NCBI GenBank assembly: GCA_013696315.1
Contig: JACCYU010000078.1
Location: 1 to 55,678 of the forward strand
Length of the DNA: 55,678 nucleotides
Direction of reading: 5' to 3'
Source: Gammaproteobacteria bacterium
GTDB lineage: Bacteria; Pseudomonadota; Gammaproteobacteria; JACCYU01
A program made the translations under genes and the position numbers. The notes beneath the pieces are model-generated. The model saw only the letters and a list, made by a program, of their open reading frames with translations. It did no database searches and was not told the origin of the DNA. Positions within the stretch are counted from its first letter, which is position 1, and every line of letters starts with the position of its first letter. Below, in pieces: positions 18,336-29,907 of this stretch.

Positions 18336-19298
18336 ATGATTATCGTAACCGGCGGCGCCGGCTTTATCGGCAGCAACATAGTCCGGGCTCTCAACGCACG
18401 GAGTCGCGCCGACATTCTGGTGGTCGACCACTTGCGCAACGGCGCCAAGTTCATGAATCTCGCCGACTGCGACATTTACGATTATCTGGACAGGGACGAT
18501 TGCTTGCGGCGCGTACACGATGGCAAAGCGTTCGCCGGCGCCATCGACGCCGTGTTTCATCAGGGGGCGTGCGCGACCACCACGGAGTGGGATGGCCGCT
18601 ACATGCTGGAAAACAACTACGAATACTCCAAAGCGCTGCTGCATTACTGCATGGGACGTGACGTGCCGTTCATCTACGCCTCATCGGCCTCGGTGTACGG
18701 CAGGGGTCCGGACTTCAAGGAAGAGCGCCGCCACGAGCGACCGGTAAACGTTTACGCCTACTCAAAGTTTCTGTTCGACCAATACGTGCGCCGCGCGCTT
18801 GTATCGGCGCGCAGCCAGATCGTCGGCCTGCGTTATTTCAACGTGTACGGGCCGCGCGAGCAGCACAAGGGCGCGATGGCGAGCGTCGCCTTTCACTTCA
18901 ACCGGCAGGTGCTGGAAACCGGCAGAATCCGACTGTTCAGCGGCTCTGACGGTTACGCCGACGGTGAGCAGCGCCGGGATTTTATCTATGTGGACGACGT
19001 GGCCGAAGTGAATCTATGGTTGCTGGGGCATCCGGCGATCTCGGGGATCTTCAACCTCGGCACCGGCCGCAGCCAGACGTTCAATGAGGTGGCGCGCGCG
19101 GTGACCAGCTATCACGGCTTCGGTGACATCGAGTACATCCCGTTCCCGGACGCGCTCAAGGGTCGTTACCAGAGTTTTACTGAAGCCGATATGGAGCACT
19201 TTCGCGAGGCGGGGCTTATTCATCGCTTCAGGCCGGTGGAGGAAGGGGTGCCGCTCTATCTCGATGCGCTGAACAAGGGGCCGCGTAACGCATCATGA
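18336..19298 (+). CDS. hldD: ADP-L-glycero-D-manno-heptose 6-epimerase
   Basis: Internal ATG 18336 of track ORF 18285..19298: [16 protein letters not shown]. Catalytic YAYSKFLFD is present. The start lies 5 nt after the hldE stop. Confidence 0.93.
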   Translation: MIIVTGGAGFIGSNIVRALNARSRADILVVDHLRNGAKFMNLADCDIYDYLDRDDCLRRVHDGKAFAGAIDAVFHQGACATTTEWDGRYMLENNYEYSKALLHYCMGRDVPFIYASSASVYGRGPDFKEERRHERPVNVYAYSKFLFDQYVRRALVSARSQIVGLRYFNVYGPREQHKGAMASVAFHFNRQVLETGRIRLFSGSDGYADGEQRRDFIYVDDVAEVNLWLLGHPAISGIFNLGTGRSQTFNEVARAVTSYHGFGDIEYIPFPDALKGRYQSFTEADMEHFREAGLIHRFRPVEEGVPLYLDALNKGPRNAS

Positions 19299-19326
19299 TG
19301 CGCCACATCGGCGCTCGGGTTGTGCG

Positions 19327-20385
19327 GTGACAGGCCCGGAGCGCGTGCTGGTGGTGGGTCCAGCGTGGGTCGGCGACATGATCATGGCGCAGACGCTGTT
19401 CAAGCTCTTGCGCCGCCAGCACCCGGAAATCGAGATCGACGTGCTGGCGCCGGCCTGGTCGGCGCCGCTGCTGGCGCGCATGCCGGAGGTGCGCGAAGCG
19501 GTGCAGGTGCCGCTGGGACACGGTGAGTTACGCTTGCGCACGCGTTATCGACTGGGCCGCGAACTCGCGCGGCGCGGATATCACCAGGCGCTGATCCTGC
19601 CGCGTTCTTTCAAATCGGCCATTATTCCCTGGTTTGCGAGGGTGCCACGCCGCACGGGGTATCTGGGTGAGAGCCGTTACGGCGTGATCAATGATCGGCG
19701 GCCGCTGGACCCGGCGGCCATGCCGCTAGTGGTGCAGCGTTACGCGGGTCTGGGGCTTGCGCCGGGCGCGTGCGCGCCGCCGCTGGAAGAGCTGCCGCGG
19801 CCGGCCCTGACAGTGGACGAGGTCAATGGCTTGCGGCTGGTCGCGCAACTGGGTCTTTCCGCGACCGGGCCGGTGGTCGGGTTAATGCCCGGCGCGGAGT
19901 ACGGGCCCGCCAAGCAATGGCCACCGGATTACTATGCCGCCCTGGCGCGGCGTCTGGCGGAAAATGGCGTGCAAACCTGGGTGCTCGGGTCGCAAAAGGA
20001 TTTCGAGCTTGGCGAGTCTATCGTTATGCAATCCAGACTGGGTTTAACTGCGGGTAGCGTGAATCTGTGCGGCAAAACACAAATGCACGATGCCATCGAT
20101 CTGCTCGCGCGCGTGCAGGTTGCGGTGACCAACGATTCCGGTCTCATGCACGTGGCCGCCGCGGTGGGCGTGCCGCTGGTGACGCTCTATGGTTCATCCA
20201 CGCCCGCTTACACGCCGCCGTTGTCCGCACGCGCGACGATTATGTATCTGAACGTCGCGTGCAGTCCCTGTTTCGACCGCACCTGCCGCTTCGGGCATTA
20301 CAATTGTCTGCGCGATATCGCCGTAGCCGACGTATTCAACGCAACCTGCCGACAGCTCGTTTCGAGCTCAGACGGTCGCCATTGA
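19327..20385 (+). CDS. waaF: ADP-heptose:LPS heptosyltransferase II
   Basis: 352 aa with a GTG start. VLVVGPAWVGDMIMAQTLFKLL...LILPRSFKSAIIPWFARVPRRTGYLGE is WaaF-like. Confidence 0.88.
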   Translation: MTGPERVLVVGPAWVGDMIMAQTLFKLLRRQHPEIEIDVLAPAWSAPLLARMPEVREAVQVPLGHGELRLRTRYRLGRELARRGYHQALILPRSFKSAIIPWFARVPRRTGYLGESRYGVINDRRPLDPAAMPLVVQRYAGLGLAPGACAPPLEELPRPALTVDEVNGLRLVAQLGLSATGPVVGLMPGAEYGPAKQWPPDYYAALARRLAENGVQTWVLGSQKDFELGESIVMQSRLGLTAGSVNLCGKTQMHDAIDLLARVQVAVTNDSGLMHVAAAVGVPLVTLYGSSTPAYTPPLSARATIMYLNVACSPCFDRTCRFGHYNCLRDIAVADVFNATCRQLVSSSDGRH

Positions 20386-20426
20386 TCGTGGCAAGGCGCA
20401 AGGCGCTGATATTGCGTATCGGAAAC

Positions 20427-21512
20427 ATGATAAACAAACTTGCTACAAACAGCCCCGCGGTTGCAAACAGACACTTCGTGTTGAGCCGGCCGGACAGCAT
20501 TGGCGATGTGGTGCTGACCCTGCCCATGGCTGGCGTGCTGAAAGCGGCGTTCCCCGGTTGCCGCGTTTCGCTGCTGGGACGCAACTATACCCGACCGCTG
20601 GCGCTGGCTTGCGAACACTTGGACGGCGTGTACGCATGGGACGAGATCGAGTCCACGCCGCATGTCGAGCAGGTCGCGCAGTTCAGGGCAATGGGCGCGG
20701 ACGCGATTTTCCACGTGCTGCCAAAACCAGAGATCGCGCGGCTCGCCAAAGCTGCTCAAATCCCGCTGCGCATCGCGACCTCGCGACGCATGTCACACTG
20801 GCTGACCTGCAACCGGCTGGTGTATCTGCACCGGCATCATTCGCCGCTGCATGAAGCCCAGTTAAATCTGAAACTGTTGCGCGGCGTGGGTTTGCGCGAT
20901 ACGTACAGCCTCGACGAGATGCGCGACTGCTTCGGGCTGAACATCGTGCCCCAGCTGCGGCCGGCGCTGGCCGCCGCGATCGATCCTGAGCGTTTCAATC
21001 TGATCGTGCACCCCAAGTCCGGCGGCACCTCGCGCGAGTGGCCGATCGAGCATTTCGCGGCGCTGATCGGGAACCTGCGCGCGGCGCGCTTCAATGTTTT
21101 CGTCACCGGCAGCCACAGGGAGGCGGAACAGGTCCGATCCAGCCTGCCCATGCACCTGCCGCACGTGCACGACGTTATGGGGCGGCTCATGCTGACCGAC
21201 CTGATCGCGCTGATGCACCGGGTCGATGGGCTGCTTGCGGCCAGTACGGGGCCGCTGCATATGGCCGCCGCCATCGGCCTGCACGTGGTTGGTCTCTACG
21301 CGCCGGTGGGCTCCAAGCACGCGGGTCGCTGGGGGCCGATCGGCCCCAGAACCAGCGTTTTTCAGCTCCCGGAGAAATGCTCGCTATGTCGCCGATCCAA
21401 TGTTTGCGCGTGCATGCGGCGCATCACGTCCGCCGAGGTCAGCGCTTATCTGTGCGGCCTCGCGCGACCGGCCACGACCGATGGCGTCGCAACCACGCCG
21501 GCCCGGCGGTAA
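20427..21512 (+). CDS. glycosyltransferase family 9 (heptosyltransferase family)
   Basis: Internal ATG 20427 of track ORF 20067..21512. The upstream part overlaps waaF out of frame. FVLSRPDSIGDVVLTLPMAGVLK and STGPLHMAAAIGL are GT9 motifs. Confidence 0.8.
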   Translation: MINKLATNSPAVANRHFVLSRPDSIGDVVLTLPMAGVLKAAFPGCRVSLLGRNYTRPLALACEHLDGVYAWDEIESTPHVEQVAQFRAMGADAIFHVLPKPEIARLAKAAQIPLRIATSRRMSHWLTCNRLVYLHRHHSPLHEAQLNLKLLRGVGLRDTYSLDEMRDCFGLNIVPQLRPALAAAIDPERFNLIVHPKSGGTSREWPIEHFAALIGNLRAARFNVFVTGSHREAEQVRSSLPMHLPHVHDVMGRLMLTDLIALMHRVDGLLAASTGPLHMAAAIGLHVVGLYAPVGSKHAGRWGPIGPRTSVFQLPEKCSLCRRSNVCACMRRITSAEVSAYLCGLARPATTDGVATTPARR

Positions 21513-21754
21513 GCGCCGTGCGCAAACTGCGCCGTGGCGAGCCGGGTCATGCCGCCGCGGCGCATGGACCGAGACGGCAGGAACGGTTGTGAAAAGTTAT
21601 CTGGGCCAGGATTATCGAATTTAGTGCCGTCCGGTGCTAAAGTTCCGCTCTCGCGGGATGCAGGGCCTGAAACTGGCCGCAGCCGCGGGAGTGCTCGTCT
21701 TAATAATATTGGCCGAATGTCGGTCCACCGCGCCCGAGGGAGCGTTGCCATAAC

Positions 21755-22171
21755 ATGAGCCTGGTCAGCATACCGGTGTCGATCGGTGAACTCATCGACA
21801 AACTCGTGATTCTGGAAATCAAGGCCGACCGCATCCGCGAGCCAGCCAAGCTGCAACATATCAACCACGAACTGGATCTGCTCACCAATACCTGGCTCAC
21901 CTCCGGCCAGGCCGGCGCGGAGATCGGCGCACAGCGCGAGGCGCTGAAGGCCGTCAACGAAGCGTTGTGGGATATCGAGGACCAGATACGCCAGAAGGAA
22001 GCGGACGCTGAGTTCGATCAGAAATTCATCGAGCTGGCGCGCGCAATCTACATCAACAACGATCGGCGCTCCGCGCTCAAGCGGGAGATCAACCGGTTGC
22101 TGGGATCGGAACTCGTCGAGGAAAAGTCCTATCCCGCTTACGCTCCCGCCACAGGCGAAGGCATTCCATAA
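21755..22171 (+). CDS. DUF6165-like protein commonly found in LPS core clusters
   Basis: 138 aa. SIPVSIGELIDKLVILEIKADRI...LWDIEDQIR matches my memory of the DUF6165 pattern. Confidence 0.65.
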   Translation: MSLVSIPVSIGELIDKLVILEIKADRIREPAKLQHINHELDLLTNTWLTSGQAGAEIGAQREALKAVNEALWDIEDQIRQKEADAEFDQKFIELARAIYINNDRRSALKREINRLLGSELVEEKSYPAYAPATGEGIP

Positions 22172-22261
22172 AGAAGCGCTGAACAAGTCCACCAAGAATC
22201 TTCCAGACGCGGCGGGCAGATCGATGCGGGTGGTGCAGTCAGGGGGCGTGTCATTGAGGCA

Positions 22262-22981
22262 ATGCGTGAGGCTATCTCAAGCTCCGGCGGAGAATATATG
22301 CTGTATGACGCCGAAGCTGCCGAAATCCTCGACCGCGCGTGGTTCGATCCCGCCGCGCTGACCGCGCGTGGAAAAGTCATCGGCAGCGCGGGGGGGCGCG
22401 GCAGCGCGCTGTTTTTTCGTCAGGAAGCCGCGGAATACGTATTGCGGCATTATCGACGCGGAGGCATAGTCGCGGCGCTGCTTGATGATCGCTATATTTA
22501 CACCGGCCTGCATCGAACCCGTGCCTGGCGCGAGTGGCGCCTGCTGGCCGCGCTGGCGCGACGCAACCTGCCGGCGCCACGGCCATGCGCCGCGCGCGTG
22601 GTCATCGCGGGCGCGTTCTACCGAGCCGACCTGATTACCTATCGACTGATGAACGCCACGCCGCTGTCCGAACTGCTGGCGCGCGCGCCGCTGGCCGCGG
22701 AAACGTGGGGTGAAATCGGGCGCGTGATCGCGACGTTTCACGCTGCGCGCGTGTGGCACGCCGATCTCAACGCGCACAACGTTCTGCTGAACTCGGGCGG
22801 CGCCGTGACCCTCATCGATTTCGACCGCGCCAGGGTCAGGTCGCCGGCCGCGCGCTGGCGGCGCGCCAATCTTGCGCGTCTGCATCGCTCGCTGCGCAAG
22901 CTCAAATATCTCAACGCCGGATTGCACTTCAGCGAGTCCGATTTCGACGCCTTGCATACAGGCTACGTATCGGCGGCCTGA
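22262..22981 (+). CDS. kdkA: 3-deoxy-D-manno-octulosonic acid (Kdo) kinase
   Basis: 239 aa. LRHYRRGG, the kinase catalytic loop HADLNAHNVLL, and IDFDR. It is adjacent to waaA. Confidence 0.88.
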   Translation: MREAISSSGGEYMLYDAEAAEILDRAWFDPAALTARGKVIGSAGGRGSALFFRQEAAEYVLRHYRRGGIVAALLDDRYIYTGLHRTRAWREWRLLAALARRNLPAPRPCAARVVIAGAFYRADLITYRLMNATPLSELLARAPLAAETWGEIGRVIATFHAARVWHADLNAHNVLLNSGGAVTLIDFDRARVRSPAARWRRANLARLHRSLRKLKYLNAGLHFSESDFDALHTGYVSAA

Positions 22982-24252
22982 GCTGATGGGTAGCGCAGGC
23001 GGCACAGCGGTTCCAGCCGTTCGAGATACGCCTGCAACACATGCTCGTGCCCACGCATGAAAGCGGCCGCGCGCTGGCCCAGCGCTTTACGCAATTCCGC
23101 GTCGGTGAGCAGGCGTTCAAGCGCGAAGCCGAGCTCGCGGTCGTCCTGCGCCATCAGCAGACCTTCCGCCGCCAGCAGGCTGCGCGTTTCCTCGGCGAAA
23201 TTGTCCATGTGCCGGCCAACCAGCACCGCCTTGGCAAGACGCGCCGGCTCGAGAATATTATGGCCGCCGCGCGGAATCAGCGACCCGCCCATGAATACGA
23301 ACGCGGCGTGCGTCATCAACGACTGCAATTCGCCCAGGGTGTCGGCTAGGTAGATACGGGTCGTCGGCTTCACCGCATCGCCGCGGCCGCGCACTGCGAT
23401 CTCGAAACCCAGTGGCGCGAGTTCCTTGAGGATCGCGTGGCGGCGTTCCGGATGGCGCGGCGCGATCACGAGCAGTTCGCTGGTGGCGGGCAGGCGCCGC
23501 CAGATGCGCGCCAGATGCAATTCCTCATGCGGATGCGTGGAAGCCGCAAGCCAGTAGGGCCGGCCGACCGGGTCGTGCGCGGACAAGGCCTGACCGGACT
23601 GGGCCGGCGTCGGTCCGGTCGCGGCGAATTTGATGTTGCCGACAATGACCAGCCGGCCCACTGGCGTGCCCAGCCGACGGAATTTACTCGCATCCGCATC
23701 GCTCCGGGCGAGAATCGCAGCGACCTGGCCGAGCGCGTGGGCGTAGGCTCGCCGCAGTGGCGCCGGCGCCCTCAAGGTACGCTCGGAAAGTCGCGCGTTG
23801 ATCAGGATCAACGGGATATCGAGGGTCGCGCACTGCTGATATAGATTGGGCCACAACTCCGTCTCCATCACCACCAGACAGCGCGGCCGCACTGTCCTCA
23901 AGAAACGCGCGACGCTGAAATTGAAGTCCAGCGGCAGATAGGCGTGCGTTATGTCCGCCCCCATTTCCTGCAATGCAACCGCGCGCCCGGTGGGTGTGTT
24001 GGTGGTAACGAGTAGCGGCGTTTCGGGATAACGGGCGCGCAGGGCGTTAAGCAGCGGCAATGCGGCGTTCACTTCGCCGACCGAGGCGCAATGCATCCAC
24101 ACCGGCTGCGTCATGTCGGGCAGGTGGCGGCCGAGTCGTTGCCATAGGTAATCCGCGCCGCCATCGCGCGCCGCGCGCCACAGCGTATAGCCGATGAAAA
24201 GCGGCGAGGCGACGAGAAGCGCCGCGCGGTAGGGCAGCAACTCCTTGATCAC
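22963..24252 (-). CDS. waaA: 3-deoxy-D-manno-octulosonic acid transferase
   Basis: 429 aa with a GTG start. N-terminal anchor plus WMHCASVGEV, typical of KdtA. The 3' end overlaps kdkA by 19 nt, convergently. Confidence 0.92.
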   Translation of the reverse strand: MIKELLPYRAALLVASPLFIGYTLWRAARDGGADYLWQRLGRHLPDMTQPVWMHCASVGEVNAALPLLNALRARYPETPLLVTTNTPTGRAVALQEMGADITHAYLPLDFNFSVARFLRTVRPRCLVVMETELWPNLYQQCATLDIPLILINARLSERTLRAPAPLRRAYAHALGQVAAILARSDADASKFRRLGTPVGRLVIVGNIKFAATGPTPAQSGQALSAHDPVGRPYWLAASTHPHEELHLARIWRRLPATSELLVIAPRHPERRHAILKELAPLGFEIAVRGRGDAVKPTTRIYLADTLGELQSLMTHAAFVFMGGSLIPRGGHNILEPARLAKAVLVGRHMDNFAEETRSLLAAEGLLMAQDDRELGFALERLLTDAELRKALGQRAAAFMRGHEHVLQAYLERLEPLCRLRYPSAQAADT

Positions 24253-24324
24253 AGCACGGTGATCACAGCAGGTTGAACCCGACAGGGTGGATCACGATAG
24301 GCTTGATTACACGGGCTGGATTAC
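24246..24324. repeat. array of GATYAC-centred repeats at about 14.5-bp spacing, overlapping the waaA start
   Basis: TGATCACAGCA occurs at 24246-24256 and again at 24260-24270. GATCAC is at 24290, and GATTAC at 24305 and 24319. The first copy contains the waaA GTG (24250-24252). Confidence 0.8.
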
Positions 24325-24366
24325 CACAAGATGCTCACGAATGCTCCATCATACCCGCTTGGGGGC

Positions 24367-25701
24367 TTAGTACAGCCAGTCATTGAGGCTGACGAGGTCA
24401 TTTCCGCCCAGGGTGCCAGCCGCCTGTTTGAGTCGCAAGGTATTCAGCAGGTAGTTGTAGCGGGCGCGGGACAGGTCGCGCTGGGTACGAAAGGTCTCGC
24501 GCAGCGCTAACAGCACGTCCACCGAGGTGCGCGTACCGACTCTGAATCCGGCCCGCGCCGCGGCCGCGGCCGCGCGGTTCGATGCCAGCGCCTGCCTGAG
24601 TGCCTTGACCCGGCTGATGCCCGCGATCACGTTCAGATAGGAGGCGCGCGTCTGGCGTATTGCCTCGCGGCGCTGCAACTCCTGCAGATCCTGTGATTGC
24701 TCGAAGAGGTAACTGGCTTCGCGCGTGCTGGAGGTGACGAACCCGCCGGAGAAGATCGGGATATTGAGTTCCAGGCCGACCGACTGGTCATCCGTCTCAG
24801 TGGCGCCGAACACCCCGCCACCGGAATCGTTCTCGGCTTTTTGTGCGAACAATCCTAAGGTCGGGTAGTGTCCGGCCCGGCGCCTGTCCACTTCCAGCGA
24901 GGCGGTCTCGGTGGCGAACTGGGCGGCGATCAGCTGCAGGTTCTGCTCGTTGGCCGTTCGCACCCACTGATCGACATCCGCCGGGTCGGGTGTCAGCAGC
25001 GGGATGCGATTCTGCAAGTCGCGCAGACGTCCGGGCAACTGACCGGTGATTACCTGCAGCGCTTCGCGGGTGACGGCCAGCTGGTTTTGCGCGCTGACCT
25101 GCTGCGCGACGGCCAGATCGTACGCTGCCCGTGCTTCCTTCACATCGGTGATGGCGATCATGCCGACCTCAAAGCGCTTTCGTGCCTGCTCCAGCTGGCG
25201 GCCGATGGCCTTTTTCTCGGAGACCGCAAACTGGAGCCCGTCCCGTGCCGCCAGCACGTTGAAATAAGCCTCGCTTACGCGCAGCACCAGTGCCTGCGCG
25301 ATCGCATCCAGCTCGGCCTGCGCCTGCGCGATGCTGGAATCCGCCTGCCATAACTGCACGATGAGCGAATGATCGTAAATCACCTGATCCAGCCGCAGGG
25401 TGTAGCCATCGGTATCGAAACCGCCGGACTGAGTGTTCACCAAGCCGTCCTGGGTGCGTGTGGAATCGAGTGTCTGCCAGATATACTGGCCGCTCAAATT
25501 GACTTGCGGCAGCAGCGCTGACCACGCCTGCGGGCGAAACTCCCCGGTCGCCTGGAAGTCCGCCTGCGCGGCCTGCAGTTGCGCATCCTCCCGCGCGGCC
25601 AACTGGTAAATATCCAGCAGGTCTTCAGCCTGCGCGGGCGCGGCCGCGAGCACCGCTACGCCGGCCACACACGCCAGCAACCGCATTCTTGTACGCATCA
25701 T
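24367..25701 (-). CDS. tolC: TolC-family outer membrane channel
   Basis: 444 aa. Signal peptide ending AQA, an internally duplicated alpha/beta-barrel repeat pattern, and an LYQLA...-type N-terminus. Confidence 0.9.
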   Translation of the reverse strand: MMRTRMRLLACVAGVAVLAAAPAQAEDLLDIYQLAAREDAQLQAAQADFQATGEFRPQAWSALLPQVNLSGQYIWQTLDSTRTQDGLVNTQSGGFDTDGYTLRLDQVIYDHSLIVQLWQADSSIAQAQAELDAIAQALVLRVSEAYFNVLAARDGLQFAVSEKKAIGRQLEQARKRFEVGMIAITDVKEARAAYDLAVAQQVSAQNQLAVTREALQVITGQLPGRLRDLQNRIPLLTPDPADVDQWVRTANEQNLQLIAAQFATETASLEVDRRRAGHYPTLGLFAQKAENDSGGGVFGATETDDQSVGLELNIPIFSGGFVTSSTREASYLFEQSQDLQELQRREAIRQTRASYLNVIAGISRVKALRQALASNRAAAAAARAGFRVGTRTSVDVLLALRETFRTQRDLSRARYNYLLNTLRLKQAAGTLGGNDLVSLNDWLY

Positions 25702-25755
25702 GTTTCAAAGTTCCCCTCATTCAACATCGACTGTCGCCTGCCGCTATCGCCACAC

Positions 25756-25795
25756 CAGAGCGTGCCCTATCAGAGTGTGCCATATCAGAATATGA
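25756..25795. repeat. 15-bp tandem repeat (about 2.7 copies) spanning the 3' end of the pcm-like gene
   Basis: CAGAGCGTGCCCTAT / CAGAGTGTGCCATAT / CAGAATATGA. In mRNA sense this reads F I F * Y G T L * * G T L W. Confidence 0.9.
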
Positions 25796-26438
25796 AAGGG
25801 GATTTCCTGGACGTGTTCAATAGCGCGGGTAGCTCGGTTTCAAACAGTTTTTTTCGTGAGAACTCATGCTCGCCTGTGCGCGTCACCCGCATCGCGGACA
25901 TGACCGGCCGCTCGCCGACGATGACGAACAGGCGCCCGCCGATGGCAAGCTGTTGTTCGAAGACGGGCCGATATTCCGGCACCGAGCCGGTGACCGCGAT
26001 GACATCGTAACGTTCATCAGAAAGCCAGCCGCTGGCCGCGTCGCCGACGCCCACATTGACATTACGAATTTCCAGCGCGGCCAGTTGCATTTTGGCATCC
26101 TCGATCAGGTCATCGAAGAAATCCACGCTCTCGACCTGGCCGCCCAGCCTCGCCAGACATGCCGTGACAAAACCGGTGCCGGTGCCGATCTCCAGGATGC
26201 GATCGCCGAAGCGGATACCCAGCGCCTGCAGCATGCGACCCTCGACTTTCGGCGCCATCATGGTCTGCCCATGTGTCAGCGGGATGCCGAAATCAGCGAA
26301 CGCGAGATTTTTATAACGTGCCGGCACGAAGCGTTCGCGCGGCACCGAGGTAAGCGCATTCAGCACATCCTCGTCCAGCACCTCCCACGCGCGAAGCTGC
26401 TGTTCGATCATGTTGTCGCGGGCCTGTACGAGATTCAT
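25785..26438 (-). CDS. protein-L-isoaspartate O-methyltransferase family protein
   Basis: 217 aa with SAM motif ILEIGTGTGFVTACLA. PCMT-like, in the frequently seen pairing with tolC. Confidence 0.85.
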   Translation of the reverse strand: MNLVQARDNMIEQQLRAWEVLDEDVLNALTSVPRERFVPARYKNLAFADFGIPLTHGQTMMAPKVEGRMLQALGIRFGDRILEIGTGTGFVTACLARLGGQVESVDFFDDLIEDAKMQLAALEIRNVNVGVGDAASGWLSDERYDVIAVTGSVPEYRPVFEQQLAIGGRLFVIVGERPVMSAMRVTRTGEHEFSRKKLFETELPALLNTSRKSPFIF

Positions 26439-26579
26439 GCGTGTTCTAAGTTATCGTAGCTAGGGTCGCTAAGATTACGGACACCGGCCGCCGCAGACAA
26501 GTCCGCGGGCGCGGCCCGCCTGCCGCCGGCGCCGCGCGTGGTTGCAAAGCGCGGAAATTTTCTATAACTTCAGCCGCAT

Positions 26580-26659
26580 CGAGACTAGGGGTGCCCGGTA
26601 ATGGGCTGAGAGATACCCTTGGAACCTGAACCGGATTGTACCGGCGGAGGGAAGGCTCG
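26580..26659 (+). promoter_or_regulatory. TPP (THI-box) riboswitch
   Basis: CGAGACUAGGGGUGCC..GGGCUGAGAGAUACCCUUGGAACCUGAACCGGAUUGUACCGGCGGAGGGAAGGCUCG. All THI-box hallmarks are present (GGGGUGC, CUGAGA, ACCCUU.GAACCUGA, GGGAA). The P1 stem is CGAG/CUCG. It lies directly upstream of thiC. Confidence 0.92.
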
Positions 26660-26662
26660 TGA

Positions 26663-28642
<1,980 letters not shown>

Positions 28643-28644
28643 GC

Positions 28645-28980
28645 ATGCGCGCATCGATTGCGTTCGTGTTGCTGTTGTTGGCCGCGCAGGCGGCGGGCAA
28701 AGAGGTGGCGCGGAAATACATAAAGCTGGTGGGGGCCAACGACGCGGCCTGTGTTTCATTAGGTGGCCAGATGCGGCAGGTGGTCAACACCCACGACGGG
28801 CGCGCCATTGAAGTTTCGCTGGAACGGCGTATGGGCGAGACGGTGCAGCCGGGGCGTGTGGTCGACATCGCACGGCCGGACGGGAAGCCGATCGATCTCG
28901 GATGTACGCGCATAGTCGGCGGATATGCGCAGGAGTGGGTCGTTATCGACGCCGAGTTCACGCGGGCAATGCGTCGTTAA
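28645..28980 (+). CDS. small secreted hypothetical protein
   Basis: ATG at 28645, 3 nt after the thiC stop. Signal peptide MRASIAFVLLLLAAQAAG. No family recognised. Confidence 0.5.
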   Translation: MRASIAFVLLLLAAQAAGKEVARKYIKLVGANDAACVSLGGQMRQVVNTHDGRAIEVSLERRMGETVQPGRVVDIARPDGKPIDLGCTRIVGGYAQEWVVIDAEFTRAMRR

Positions 28981-29019
28981 CATGCGTCATTTACAGGCCA
29001 TCACCGCAACGGGAGTACG

Positions 29020-29394
29020 GTGAACGAATCCACAGTGCGGGAGCTGGTTGACTGCTTTCTCGATGCGATCGAGGCGCGCGACTTCGAGCAGGCGCAACAA
29101 TGCCTGTCGGCCGACGAGTTTCTTTATACAAGTCCCATCGAGACGTTCGACAATGCTGCGGAGTTTATCGCGGACATTAACCGCGTGGGTCCGGTACTTA
29201 AACGCATCGAGCGCCGCAAGCTGTTCGTGGACGGCGACCAGGCGTGCGCGATATTCAATCTGATAACCACCATGGATGCATTGGCCAACACCCGGATCGC
29301 GCAATGGATGAGGGCCAGAGACGGCAAAATTGTATCGATCGAAGTATTTTTTGACGCGCACGCTTATTCAAGCATGTTCGAGACGCTCAACTGA
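29020..29394 (+). CDS. NTF2/SnoaL-like family protein
   Basis: 124 aa with a GTG start after GGGAG. VRELVDCFLDAIEARDFEQAQQCLSADEF...DGKIVSIEVFFD is the SnoaL-like pattern. Confidence 0.65.
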   Translation: MNESTVRELVDCFLDAIEARDFEQAQQCLSADEFLYTSPIETFDNAAEFIADINRVGPVLKRIERRKLFVDGDQACAIFNLITTMDALANTRIAQWMRARDGKIVSIEVFFDAHAYSSMFETLN

Positions 29395-29552
29395 TATGTT
29401 GTTCGGAGTATCTTTTGCGCAATCTATATGCTCCGTATGAATGACGTTAGGGTAGATTGTTCGATAGATGCAGTGCCCAAATTGCTGGAACAACAAAGCC
29501 TGCGCACGGACCGCGGTCTATCGTTGTTCACCAACCCTAGAGAGGCTAACGC

Positions 29553-29822
29553 ATGAGCACATCCAAACCGCCCGCGGCGCCGAAAAAACGTATGGCCAGG
29601 GCCAAAACGCCGGCTGTTAAAAAGACCGCCGCGCGCAGTAAACCCGTGAAACAAACGCCATCGCTGACCTTGAACCCCGAGGAACGCTGGCGGATGGTTG
29701 CGGTGGCGGCCTACCACATCGCGGAAAAGCGGGGTTTTTCGCCGGGCATCGCGCTGGATGACTGGCTGAACGCCGAACGGGAGGTCGAGGCGTTGCTGGG
29801 CACGCAGCAGCGCAAAGCCTAG
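29553..29822 (+). CDS. DUF2934 domain protein
   Basis: 89 aa. Basic N-terminus followed by RWRMVAVAAYHIAEKRGFSPGIALDDWLNAEREV, the DUF2934 signature. Confidence 0.75.
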   Translation: MSTSKPPAAPKKRMARAKTPAVKKTAARSKPVKQTPSLTLNPEERWRMVAVAAYHIAEKRGFSPGIALDDWLNAEREVEALLGTQQRKA

Positions 29823-29907
29823 CGTCTTTGGACTTGTTGCAGCAACGCCATTGATGTCGCCGCGCATTGATTTGATCCGCGCCCGTGGCGCGGAATTAAC
29901 CGGCGAA

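Noticed and set aside
21446-23005. Antisense ORFs 21446..22195 (249 aa) and 22277..23005 (242 aa), opposite the DUF6165 and kdkA genes.
   Set aside because: They have low-complexity, Arg-rich translations. The sense-strand genes carry clear family signatures and fit the LPS operon.
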